From Octopus sinensis (Eukaryota): a stretch of 64,000 nucleotides of DNA. The stretch covers positions 96,472,001 through 96,536,000 of the forward strand of contig NC_043003.1 in the NCBI RefSeq assembly GCF_006345805.1, written 5' to 3'. Positions 44,981 to 59,200 of the stretch are shown here, piece by piece; position 1 is the stretch's first letter; every line of letters begins with the position of its first letter. The position numbers and the translations under genes were made by a program. The notes under the pieces are model-generated. The model saw only the letters and a program-made list of their open reading frames with translations. It did not search any database and was not told where the DNA came from.

Positions 44981-47900
44981 GTAGGGTTTGTTGTTGATAA
45001 AAATTACCTTTATTTAGCTTTTCTAATTCCAGATTATGCAACATTTTAATTCGAATGCATGTAATATTCATTTCTTTGGGTGTATTGACAGTTATTCCTG
45101 TTTTACATTTCGTTAATGTTTTGCATTGTCTAAAACCCAGTGTGCGGACAGTAAATGTGAAATGAGAAATAGTGTAAATTCTGTCTTTTTCTTATTCCAC
45201 CACTTGCGCAAAATTAAAATGATGCTTCAAGTTTAAGACTCTTCCAGTATTTATCAAATATATTATTAAATAGATTGAAGGCAGCTAGCCGACAGGATAA
45301 TTACGGCATTGGAAGAAATGCCTTAAAATCTTAGTTCCGATTGTTTACATTGTATCTTACTAAGGTCAACTTCACCTTTCATTCTGTCGGGGTCGATGAA
45401 ATGAAAATACCCGCCATCGACTTACCACTTCCACTCAAAATTGTTATTTTGGGGCCTAAATCAGAAGCCATTCTTTAATTGGTTCGTTGTCTTCGATTCT
45501 ATAGTCTCCTTTGGTAGTCTGTCATTGTTCATCGGTTGGTAAATGTTTGCTATTACAGCCGTCTCCAAAGTCGTATCGGCGGACTTTCGATGTTGCTATA
45601 AACTACCTTATGGAGGATGAAAAGGACAAAAATTATTTTTGTCTCCCAAAATTTTAATTTATTTCCTCTCTTAAATTCTGTTGCACATTGTTGAATTTTT
45701 TTTTTTCATTATGTTAATCTCGATTAAACGCAAAACCCTCACAACACACACTCACACATTCTTTGTTTTGTCATGTACTGTCCATAATGTTTTTCTTAAT
45801 GTAATCCCTTTGTAGTCAATATATAAATCATTATTATTATTACAAGTTCCACCGAGGTCGACTTTACTCTCTCTCATCGTTTCCGAGTCGATAAAGTAAG
45901 TACCAGTTGAGTACTGGTGTCGACGTAATCGACTAGCTTCCTCCCCACCAAATTTCAGGCCTTGTACCTATAGTAGAAAGGATTATTATTATTATTACCC
46001 GACACGCTTGTTTCCCTTTCGTCATTCATTTTGGGTCACCGCCAGCACTCCATTTCCTAATCACATTTTTTTTCTACAGTCAACATCTTGCAACTTGTTC
46101 AGCAACCTCATCAATCTTATCAGTGTAGAAAGGTGTGTGAAGGTCAGGGGTACAAGGAAAAAGGACTGGGCCAAATCCTCCCTGTCTAACCCCATTAAAA
46201 AAAAGGTCCCTGGCTGGACCAACCTACAGTCATCTATCTTTTATTCTCAGACAAACTATATCCAGGACTAGATTCTAGCCTCCTTCCTTTTTAAAATTAT
46301 GGGGTAGAATTTGAAGGATATTTGGTTGCTTTTTCTAGCAGGCTGAATGACCATGTAGAGGCCCTTTCACTGACTTACCTTTAAACTTGCTTAAAGTTAT
46401 TATTTTCTGAAAGTTTCAATCAATTTAGTGGCTTTCTCTTGACATTTCCCACAAGATGAACAAATGTGGTTCACAAACAAGGTTATCATATTTCAAGCTG
46501 TGATACCAGTCTTGACTAGACCAAGTAAAACGTTTTTGACTATAGTCACTGTGCATTTATGGAATTTCAAGCCCATGCCTGTATTCTCAGCAAGATTTTT
46601 CCTTTCCTCAGCTGTTTCAAGGATATAGTCCATCATTTCATAAGAATATTTATGATTAGTAGAATCTAAATAAAAGCACTTAGATATTTCCACATTTAAT
46701 TGCCTGCTGTTAGGCCCAGTTTCCAACTGTACAGTGAGCTCAGTTGAGGATCAGTAGTTTATTGTGTTGTGTTCATAGCAAAGATAACTTTCAACAACTT
46801 AATACTGTTTGCTGTAAAGAATGTAGGTGCTACATTTCATGACGTTAACCCTTTAGCATTTAAACCAGCCTGCCATATCTGGCCAAATTACTCTTCTTGT
46901 TTTATGTTCATACTGGCCACATCCAGCTTCTCATACCTACCCTACATTGCCATTCTAAACATATATGGTCACATTATTGAAATTTTAAAGCTATGAGATG
47001 ATACATGGTTAATAGAAACAATATATATATATATGTATCAAATGAAATAAAATAAACAAACAGGACACAAAGGATGTCACGGTACACATGTTTCGAGCTT
47101 TATAAAACAACTTATTCTTACATCAATGTATAATCGACATATCTGTTATGTCGATTATACATTGATGTAAGAATAAGTTGTTTTATAAAGCTCGAAACAT
47201 GTGTACTGTGACATCCTTTGTGTCCTGTTTTTCATTTTATTTCATTTGATACATATATCCTCTCACCTCTGCTACTAGCTGGCATATACAGGTGCTTACA
47301 TTTATCAAGTATTCACCCTGAATTTATTATATATATATATATTACATTTGATAGAGCAATATGAATGCTAAAAGGTTCATTAGTAGGAGCACTGTGTTAT
47401 AGACAGGTGTTATTAGTTTGCAACATTGAGTTCGAATTCTCCTGTGAATATCTCTTGGAAAGAGATATATTTACTTTCTGCCAAACTGTCTTACTCTAAA
47501 TTTAACCCTTTAGCATTTAAACCAGCCTGCCATATCTGGCCAAGTTACTCTTCTTGTTTTATGTTCATACTGGCCACATCCAGCTTCTCACACCTACCCT
47601 ACATTGTCTTCAAGACAATATTTTCAATTGGTGACTCTATAATTATAGGGTTCATACTAATGGTACTGACTGTTAAGTGAAGAAATGTTATATAAAGTAA
47701 AAGAAAAGTTAATAAACTATTCTAATGAATATACTTTTTTTAAAAATTATTTTCATTTATCACTCAATTGTATTTGTGTTTTGGTGTTGATTTATAATAT
47801 CTCTGACTTAGGTTCTTTGTAATTTTTTCTTTTTACTTCTGTACATTTTTTCAGTGTTGTCTCGCTGTGGTCTTCGTACACTTTTTAGCAGGTAGGTATT

Positions 47901-49720
47901 TAATTTCTTCACATAGATATTTTCTTTTTGTCACTAAATATATGTAGTTATATTATCATTCACAATTCTATTATTACTGTTCTTTTAGGATACCTTTTTA
48001 CATTAGCATATTTACACAAGGGTATTTTTTTTTACATGCCATTGTAAACAATCATCATCATCATCATCATCATCGTTTAACGTCCGCTTTCCATGCTAGC
48101 ATGAGTTGGACGATTTTGACTGAGGACTGGCAAACCAGATGGCTGCACCAGGCTCCAAATCTCGATCTGGCAGAGATTCTACAGCTGGATGCCCTTCCTA
48201 ACACCAACCACTCCGAGAGTGTAGTCATTTAAAAAATTTTGTGCTTAACAGGGTCCAATGAACCATTCATTAGTTTACTTGAAGTTCTAATGGTGCACTC
48301 TGACTTTGGAAACTTGTCTGCCAAGATGGATCTGATGGTAGTTTCTGAAAATTTGTTCCCTATTTGACGGCTGAGTACAGAACATTCTTGTTCATTGTGT
48401 CTAACCTGGCAACAAGTATTGAGAGGCAGTGTACAAACAAGAATGTACTAGTCATTACAGAACAACATCGTTCATTATGCAGTGGTAGCATTGCTCTAAG
48501 TTCTAATAGAGTATAGATTGTATGCATTTCATAGAGCACTGTGGCTACTGCAATATGTATAACATTGCAGAAATGGTGGACTGTCATACTAAATGCCTTA
48601 AAGCATCTAGATTCAGCCCATTGTGTATCGAGATCAAATATAATCTAGGTCGATTTGTGTCTTTCATTCGACGGTAGCACATGAAAATAAATATCATTAA
48701 TGTAGAGTTAGTGATTCAATTGACTACACACTTTTCCTTTTAAAATATTAACTGTGTGTTTAGAAAAGACAGCTGTGAATGTTGTAGAGTAAACCCACTT
48801 TGAGCTACTTAAAGCCAATTGCATTTCACTAACTTTTGCTAAAGCCAATTGCATTTCACTCTTGAGAAAGACATCAGTATTAAACAATAGTCTTTTTGCT
48901 TAAACAAGAAATCAACATTATGCTATTAGTTGTAGAATCAGGTATCTGTGATGTGATTTTACAAATTTGTTCCATTTCTTAGTTCATCTGTTTACTCTCT
49001 TACTTTCTCTTATATTTCTAATATCTTTGAGAAACATATCAGTGCATGTTCCCAGTTTCTTGCTCTATGACTTTTATGTTAAAGGAAACTAATTTATTAG
49101 CTGTACAACCCATGGTGTTTAGAATATTTGGTTATCTGCAGAATTATTGGATTTGACAAAAATTGGGGAAATAAGTCAAAATATTTTCCACTGTTAAATA
49201 AAATTCAATGTACTATGTTGGATTTTCTTTTTATGGTATTATTGTTTGCAATTTCAGTCTCATCCAAGATTTACAAAGTCTGAATATTTTATCTTGTTTG
49301 ATGAAATTAAATTAGTCTTTCATTTTTCAGACTTAGTTTGGAAAAGCAAATCTGTGTGCCAACAGCAAATACTGCGTTGAAAATATTGCCTGTACAAACC
49401 CAGTCTTTACATACCACAACAGTAAACAATGGGATGAAGTGGGATAAATACAACACTATTGTTTATCCACCAACAAAACCTGGAGAGGAAGAACGGCCTG
49501 CTGTAAGTTAAATTTTAAATGAACTCAGTTTTATAGAAGTTCTAATTCAGATCTTGTGCATATTGTTATGATGTGGAATATTTTCCGTTTGCAATAAAAA
49601 TATTTATTATGATAGTAAGTCGTTTGCAAATGGTTTAAGATTCAAATGGATGATTTCCTGAAAAACTTTTGGCATTAACAGCTCTTGCCCCCTTCTCTCT
49701 CTTTATTTATGTAACCCCAT

Positions 49721-49783
<63 letters not shown>

Positions 49784-50240
49784 GTATATATATATATTAA
49801 TAATAACATAGGGTAAAATTAATTAATAATTTTACCAAGTAGTCAGTATGTTAAAAAAACCTTTTTAGGTAAATTATACAAATTATTCTATAATCATATG
49901 CATAATTATAATCAGGGGTCAGCTAAGTGCCTCGCCACATACTGAATTAGAAATAGACGCTAATGTCTTTTATAATTATATATATAATTATAGAATATTT
50001 TATATATATATATATATGTATGGGTGTATATACACATATATGTGTTTGTGTCTTCTCTTGACTTGGCAATATAGTTGTAAATGAGCCTCATACAATCTTT
50101 ATTTGCAATCTTCTGTGGAAACATGTCTGGCTATGGAGAAAAATGTTGGGGTTGGTAATAGGAAGGGTATCTTTTTGTTAAAAAAACCTGCCACACCGAA
50201 TTACCAGACTCACTGTGATAGTATGGAAAAATGATGAGAA

Positions 50241-50287
<47 letters not shown>

Positions 50288-53200
50288 TATATATATATAT
50301 ATGCCAAGATGAAATCTGTGAAGACAGTGCAAGTATCACAGCACACAGGAACCAACTGTGTTGCAAGAGGAACCAGGCTGAGAATCAAACTACATTTCCT
50401 GGAATTACAGCTGTTGCAAGTCCCAGTCTTATGCCAGAGTAACAGAACAACATCAGGTAAAGTTGTTCCAAGGTAACAAAGAATAAGAGTGCATCCCATT
50501 TGATAAGGATGTTGACTCCATCTTGGAAGCAACAGCCAAAGGTGATGTTGACTGTCACATCTAGACAATGACCATCATTATCATCGGTTTAGAAATGGAG
50601 AAGCTTGAGTTGGAGGAGAAAAATGCAGTGAAACAGAGCCAGTAAAATCCATTAGCTCAAGCTGGAGCTTCAGAAAAGACATTGGAGTCTGTCGTGTGTG
50701 TGTATGCCTTGTGTTTGTTCCCCATTACTTGACGCCTGGTGTCAGTTTGTTCACATCCCCATAATTTAGTGGTTTGGCGAAAAAGACCAAGAGAATGAGT
50801 ACCAAACTTAAGAAAAAAGAAAAGTAAGTGCTGGGGTTGATTAGTTCAACCCTTCAAAGTGGTGCTGCAGTACAATGACAGACAAGTAAAAGAATATAAC
50901 ATTCTCTGGTACAATATAGCCTAAGGCATTAAATTCTACTTATATTTTCTTTTATCTGTTTATGAAACTCTCAACATCATCCATGGAATATAAATGTGAG
51001 ATTTGCATTATAATGCCTATTGTAAGATATATTTTTTAAAATTAAAAATACTTCAATTTTGGTTTTATAGCAATTTATTTCTTTGGAATTATGAATCAAA
51101 AGCTAAATCAGTCAAAATTAAAACAGAAAGCTCATTTTCTATTTTGGCTATTAATTTATATTACTTGACTTCTTGTGTGGCTTTGAAGTATTTCTCTCTG
51201 CAGGAAATAACACATTCTCAAGAATGAGAAGTAAAAGAATAACATTCCCTGGTACAATATAACCTAAGAGATTAAATTTTACTTAAACTTTCTCTTATCT
51301 GTTTATGAAACTCACAACATCAATGGAATAAAATTGTGAGAATTGGATTATAATGCCTATCATAAGATATTTCTTATATTTCAATTTTAGTTTTATAGTA
51401 ATTTATTTCTTAGGAATTATGAATCAAAAACTAAATCAGTCGAAACAGAAAGTTAGCTCATTTTCTATTTTGGGTGTTAATCTATATTGCTTGCTTCTTG
51501 TGTAGCTTTAAAGTATTTATCTTTGCAGGAAATAACTCACTCTCGAGAAAATATTAAATACAGTCCATTAAAGATGTGGTACATTGCTTGTATGGTGAGT
51601 TATCTTATATTTGCTAAAACTTTCTGAATGTTTTATGTACATAATTATTTCCTTTCTATGAATTAAGACTTGTTTGTCAATTCAAAGAGGCCAGTTTAGC
51701 TTGGAGATAAAATAGTTATTTGTCCACTTTCATTGTCAGTTTTTGTTACACGTCAGTCTTCCAAACTGGCATGATGATTTAGATATATGTATATTATTGA
51801 ACTAATATTAGATGCTTGTATGGCTGTGTGGTTAACAAGTTTATTTCTTAAAACATGATTTTGGGTTCATTCCCACTGCACATCATAGAGTGACTTAGTG
51901 GTTAACCCTTTCGTTACTGTATTTATTTTGAGATGCTCTGTGTTTCTTTCAATTACTTTATATATAACAAAGAATTTAGTAAAATGAATTAGTTATCATT
52001 CAGCTAGTGTTAGGAACATAAATTGTGACTAAGGTTTGGTGGAAGATTTCAATTTAACACTTATGAAAACAAGACATTTGTACTCGGAGCCAGAGCCGGT
52101 TTCAGCCGGGTTGGTAACGAAAGGGTTAAGGTGTCAAACTCATGATTGTAAGATTGTGGTTTCGATTCCTCAATTGAGCGATGTGTTGTGTTCTTGAGAA
52201 AAAACACTTCATTTCATGTAGTTCCAGTCTACTTGGTTGGCAAAAATGAATAATCCTGTGATGGACTGGCATCCAGTCCAGGTGGGGAATATATATGCCA
52301 CAAAAACTGGGAGACCAGCCCTTTGAGCCTATATGACTTGATAAGGATCTTTCTCTTAATCCTATCCCACACGTGTCTTCTACTATAGCCTTAGGCTAAC
52401 CAAAGCTTTGTGTGTAGATTTGGTTGATGGAAACTGGAAACAGTCCCACATTTGTGTTTACTATCCTCTAACTGCTTTTTCTTTTACTCATGCACACATA
52501 GTGTGTTGGTTTGACCAATATTTGTATTGAAATAGCAAAAAGATATGACAAAGGATTATTTATTCTGGGCATATTTAATGCAGTGAGATTAAGAAGTTAA
52601 TTAGAAAGGCAATAATAGTCCTATTTATATTTCAGTAAGTCCACTCTGCTGAGTGGTTGGTGTTAGGAAGGGCATCCAGCTATAACACCCATACCAAAAC
52701 AGACACAGAAGTCTGGTGTAGTCTCCTGCCTGGTTAGCTCCTGTCAAACCGTCCAACTCATGCCAGCATGGAAGGCAGGCGTTAAATGATGATGAGTACA
52801 ATCACAATCATGCTTCACTGATGTCTTATAAGATATACTTCAAGAGTTATCTCCCATATTTTGCTATCCGCTCAGTTGAAGTCGACTCTTGGTTATTCGT
52901 TGGATCAGTGTCCTCCAGTCAGTTCTATCCTGGGCCGCTTCTTTCAGATTGGCTATGTCCATTCTGGTATCACTCTTGATGGTTTCAAGCCAGCAGGTTC
53001 TTGGTCGGCCTCTTCTTCTCTTGCCACTGACCAGTCCGAGCATGATGTCCTTCTCCAGGGATTTTCTCTGCATATTTTGCAGAACCATTAAGACTAGTGT
53101 AATTCATGGAGATTACAGGTAAAACTTTAAGATATATTGGAAGTTTATAGAGAACCACGGAGTACATGAAATGAAATAATATTTTATTTGAAACATTTGA

Positions 53201-56200
53201 TTTATTAGATAGAGTTAAAATTCATAAAAACATTATTAAATGTGAAATTTTAGGAGACATCTCTGAAAGCTATAGTCCTTATTTTATACCTGTCACCTTT
53301 TCTACTTTGAGAGTTGTGATCTATTATCTTTCATGTTATGTCAAGAAGTTAACAATCTTAAGTATAGAATGGAATTGAAGAAATAATCCAGGTATAATTA
53401 TTATTCTGCTGTTTTACAACTGTCATAATAAAGTGTTTAACAAATCATTACTAGCTGTATTCCATTCTTATTTTCATATTAAAGAAAAGGTCATGTAGCT
53501 AGACTTGAACCCACAGTCTCAGTGAACATGGCTGTGGATTCTGAAATATTATTACAAATGCAGCCATGCCTAAATTTATAATAATAAGGGGAAAAAATCC
53601 CTGTAACTCTTATCTGTTCCATGCCCACTTAAAAAAATTATGCAAATGATGTATACACATATATCATCATCATCATTATTTAGTGTCCGTTTTCCATGCT
53701 GGCATGGGTTAGACGGTTTTATTGGAACTGGTAAGCTAGAGAGCTGCCTCAGACTCCAGTCTGTTTTGGTATGGTTTCTACAGTTGGATGCCCTTCCTAA
53801 ACCACGCCACTGAGTGTAGTGGGTGCCTTTTACGTGTCACTGGCATTGGCCACAACTATGATTTCACTTTACATGTCTTCTCTAGGACAGCAAATCACCA
53901 GATGTCTTGGTCACTTGTCATTGCCTCCGTGAGACTCAACATCTGAAGATCATATTTCACAACCTTGTCCCATGTCTTTGTATATATTTGGAAAGTGTTG
54001 TATGAGTGCATTTTGCGATAGAATAAGAATTTCTATGTGAACAGAATAGTTTTTATTAAATCTTTGAATGATCTAATGTGAAATTTAATGTTGTGTGCTA
54101 GAATATTGCTCTTCTACACCACATTCCATTCCTGCTTTTTCATGTCCCATTCAGAAGACAAATTAAGGTATCTTGCCAATTACTGTTAGTTTTGTCCCTG
54201 CTACATTGTTTGATGGATTTGTTGTTGCTGTCATTATTGTTCTTGTTATTATTATGTTTTGGACAGGCAAAGGTTTAACATCTACAGAACTGAAATGAGT
54301 ATTTATAGATTAACTGAATGGATTGAACAAGGGTTAAACTTAATCTGAATTATTGCAAGATGAAAAACAAATACAAGGAGTTCTGGCCAAAAAAGCATTA
54401 GGAAGGTGTCTAATACAAGGAAGCTAAACATAATCAATTGTATCAAATGAAAGTAGGATACAATTAAAAAGATCTAAGTTTATAGTGTAACTTCCAATAC
54501 AAAGTTTTAAACAACCACAATGTTGAAACGTACATAGGAACAAATGATATAAATCTCTGTGTATCATAATTTCTCCTACATTTGCTGTGTTTATCATAAC
54601 TAGTAATACTAAGTGTAGTAGTTGCTCAATCATTATACTGGAAACAAACTGGACATTGATAATCTACATGGAGCTCTAAACTTAACTTAACAACAGCAAT
54701 CATATATCTATTTGTACACACAATATATATGTACTTTATTTGTGGGTTAACAAAGCTACTGATGGTTTTATGTAAGATTTTCACAATTGTTTAAGTGTGC
54801 TACATGAAAGTGTTGAGATGACTACTAACACTTACATGTGGCATGCTTGAACAATTGTGAAGGTCACTTTACATGAAACCAATGGTAGTCCTGTACACCC
54901 ACAAATATCTATCCTCCAATGTGGTATTGAGCACTCATTCTCACTGTTTGATATTAATGCGTGTGTATGTGTGTGTACACACCTATATATATATGAAACG
55001 GAAATAAAATATTGAAAATGATACACTAATGAAAATATACATTAAAAAATTTAGAAAGAAAGAGAAACTGATAAATTTAGAAAAATATGTATTGAGAATG
55101 TAAAAACATAGATAAAAATCAAAATAAAATTTAAAATTTAAAAGTTAACCCACAAATAAAGTGCATGTATATTGTGCATATATATCACGGACAAGTGAAT
55201 TATTTTAATACAGAGATGCATTAACATGGTCTAAGGTTGCGTATTTCTCACTATATGATTATTGCTGATGATTTATTCTATTTTACTTGTTAGATCCGAG
55301 GAATGTCCATCGATGAAGCCCTGAAGCAGTTGTCATTTTATAAGAGAAAAGGCTCTACTGTTGTGAAAGATGTAAGTTTCTATGCTCTCTCAGAATTGTC
55401 ACTCACATCTCTTTTCAGTGTGTGTCTTGGCAGTAATTATATGTTGAACATCTAATAAAAGACACATGCTGTCACTAATTCTTATGTAGCCAGTAGCTCT
55501 CTTTGTTCCTGCTTACCTGCTTAACCTCTTTACACAGGTATTATTCATATGTATCTAGATAAAATGTGGATAATAATTTCACTGTTTCCATGAACAATAG
55601 TCTCAAAGCCCTCTTTCAGTGGTGGTGGGGGCTAATGACCAAGTCTCTTTCACCCACACAAAGATATGATTAAAGAAACAGTCTTACATCACATTCTCTC
55701 TCGGCAAGCTACTGTTAAATCTCTCCAAGTTACTATTAATACCCGGCATTACAATACCTAGTTATATCTCAAGTCACCTTGCATATATTTATAGAGGATC
55801 TTCGTCGATGCCTCCACCAAATTTGGAAATGGTCTAACGAATGGGACCTGTGTCTGAATGTGTCAAAGTGCTGTCATCTGCCTGTTGGCTCTCCTCCTGC
55901 AACTCAACTTGATTTCATGCTGGGTCGTCTGCTGCTGGAGAGGACTGAGCAGGTAAAGGACCTGGGTATCTTGGTGGATTCCTCCTTTTCGCCTTCGGCC
56001 CAGTGCGTCCATGCTGCCAACAAAGCACGCGGAGTTCTGTTCTTGATTCGACGGTCATTCGGAATGCTCACAGCAGCCATATTCCTACCGCTCTGTGTCA
56101 CGCTGGTGAGACCCATATTGGAGTACGGGATTCAAGCCTCTTCTCCTTATCTCCTCAAAGACATACAGCATCTCGAAAGAGTCCAGAAGCTGGCTATCTG

Positions 56201-59200
56201 CATGGTTCTTGGTCTCAAGAATTTGTCGTATGAAGAAAGGCTGAAGACGCTCGACCTTTATTCTCTAGAAAAATGCCGCCGCCGTGGTGATCTCATTCTT
56301 GCTCACAACATCATAAGCGGAAAGTGTAACCTCTCGAAAGAGCAGTTCTTCACTCCTGCTCCGGAGCGTTGGCTGCGGGGTCATTCCGAAAAGCTCTATC
56401 TGCGACGATTTCATCTCAATCGAAGGAGAGGGGCTTTCTCTGTCCGGGTTGCGGATCCGTGGAATAAGCTACCGGACAAGATGGTGAAGATGCCGACGAC
56501 CGCTCGGTTCAAAAATCTCCCTTGACCATAAGTGGCCTGAACTCTTTACATGAACACCACCCTGTACATAACTCCATGTCCCCCTACATGGCCTTGCTTT
56601 TTGCTTTTTGAGCCAAAAAATTAACTAACTAACTAACTAACATATATATACCTTCTCAACTTAGGACTGAGTTCCATTCCAACTGACAGATTGTAAGTCG
56701 ATTTGGTCGTATGTTGGATTCATATTTTTCAACACTATTTTCATTCAAAAAGGTTATAAAAATATAAAACACAAAAATTTAACCTATAGTTATTGTACAC
56801 TATGTGAAAAATACTCTTCATCTGAAAGTTCTTTTGCCTCACAATCTAGCAATTCGTCTAGATCTATTTCACATTCTAATTCTAGATTGTTTGCAAGTTT
56901 AACTATGTCTTCTCTAATAGTATTCACCTTCTTTCTGCCTTCATACTGCCGGATAATCTTCATTTTACAGTCTAAACTGATAGCCTTCCTTGATTTCTTA
57001 GCTGGTGCATCTGCAGATGAAAGCATTTTCCTTTTACCAGTCATTTTAGAGGTATTTCAGATACAATTGTAACTAATTCACATGCAACTGATGTTTGAAA
57101 GTAACTGAGTGGGTCTGAGGGAGGCCTGCGTTGCCAGATGCTGCCATAGGTATCATGCACACAGCTGTCCAATGTTCAAAAATCGATTTTTTTATTTATT
57201 TATTTTTTGTGGTTGTAAGTGCGGATGGTCGTCAGTCGTGGAGAAGGTGTAGTATACAGTTCTGCTGAAAATGCATCCTGAAGTCTAGGCTTCCCCTTCT
57301 ACTCTAGAAAATACATAAGCTGAATTAGTAACTGACTTGACAAAGGTGAAGCATGACTTAAAATTAGTGTATAGTGCTGCTGTTACACATGCAAGCTAGT
57401 GTTTCTAAATTGGGCATGGGTTACTTCAGAATAAAGTGTAACATCATCATCATCATTATTATCGTTTAATGTCTACTTTCCATGCTGGCATGGATTGGAC
57501 GGTTTGACTGAGGACTGGTGAGCCAGAGGCTGCACCAGCCTCAATCTGGTCTGGCAAAAAATTTTATTCTCTGCTGATGTTAAGAGTGATCTGCAACTTA
57601 AAATTTTTAGCACAACTGTTATGGAAACCTCAAGCAAAAGATACTCTTATGCAAAAGGCTACAAGCTACAAGTGATTGAATATGCCAAACAGCATGTCAA
57701 CAGGGTTGCAGAAAGGCATTTTGGAGCACCACGGATTGAGAAAATGATCTGCTACTGGAAGAAACAAAAGGACCTGTTGAAGCCTGCATCAAGACTTAAA
57801 TGTAACCTGCATCAGAGCGCAGCTAAGTGGCCAGAACAGGAGCAAGAGATGAATGAGTGGATAGTTACAGAGAGAAATTTGGGTCGTGCAGTATCAATAA
57901 AAATGATTATTAATGAACCAAAAGTGAGTGCAGCCCGAGGTCTGGATGATGGCACATCAAGCTGGTGTTAGATTTATGAAGAGGCACGGACCGGCAATGC
58001 AAATGAAAACAAGAATAGAACAAAAAATGCCTCAAGATTATGATAACAAAATGATTGAATTTCACTGGTTCATAATCAGTGCAAGAAAAGAGATTGACTA
58101 CGAACTGGGTCAGATCTGAAACATGGATGAAGTATCACTAACATTTGATGTGGTATCAAATAGAACAAGTGGATGCTAAAGGGTCCAAAACCGTAAGTGT
58201 AAAGACATCTGGACATGAGAAAACCCATTATATTGTAGTACTACCATGTTGTGCTGATGGAACAGAACTGCCACCACTGCTTATTTTCAAGAGGAAAACT
58301 TTACCAAAAGATACAATTCCACATGGAATTTTTGTTTATGTCCACCCAAAGGGGTAGATGGATGAAGAGGGTGTGAAGCTAGATAAGGTCTGGTCAAGGT
58401 GTTCTGGTGATCTTAAAATACCATCCCTTGTGTGGGATCAGTTTTGTGCCCACAAAACAATTGAAAATGAGAATGACAGTGATCCCTGCTGGTTTAACAA
58501 GCCAATTATTAGGTCGTCAAGTATGAAATTTGTAGAAAAGGGAAAAAGTTTGCCAATGTTTTATAAATACAAGGAATAGTTTTATTCATCAAAGTAGGCA
58601 CTCATATTGTCAATACACTTTTGCCATTTCATCAGTAGCTTGTCCAGCCAGGAACTGTAAAAGCCTGGCAATCTAGAGTCAATAAAATCTTGGAAGGCCT
58701 GTTTTACAGCATTGTCGTAATTGAATTTTTTTCCTATCAAAAAGTTATCCAAATTCTGGAAGAAGTGGTAGTCAGTGGGGGCAAGATCCGGTGAGTATGG
58801 TGGATGATGGAAAACTTCCAACTCCAATTCCTGTAGCTTCACCAATGTCATTTTTGCAATGTGTGGTCTGGCGTTGTCTTGCAATTAAATAGGAGTGGAT
58901 CTGCTGACTAATCTAGGCTGTTTTTTTGTAAGTTTCTGCATCATTTGGTCCAGTTTGCTGCAGTATACTTTGGCCGTGATTAATGAGCCAGGTTTAATGA
59001 AATCATAATGGATCACACCTGCGCCAGACCACCAAACACACACTGTCAGCTTCTTTTGATGAACCTTGCTTTTTGTGACTGTGTTTTGGTGGCTCATCTT
59101 TGTCCGACCATTGTGCTGAATGTTTATGGTTGTTGTATTAGATCTATTTCTCATCACATGTTACACTTCGATTCAAAAATGATTTATTTTTGTGACGAGA

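Noticed and set aside
47147-47215. Complete hammerhead within the hairpin arm
   Set aside because: Only the GAAAC...GTA half is present; the CUGANGA box and a stem II partner are missing.
55779-56525. 248-aa ORF as a host gene
   Set aside because: It is the ORF2 C-terminus of a 5'-truncated CR1. The listed start is a near-cognate codon in flanking DNA.
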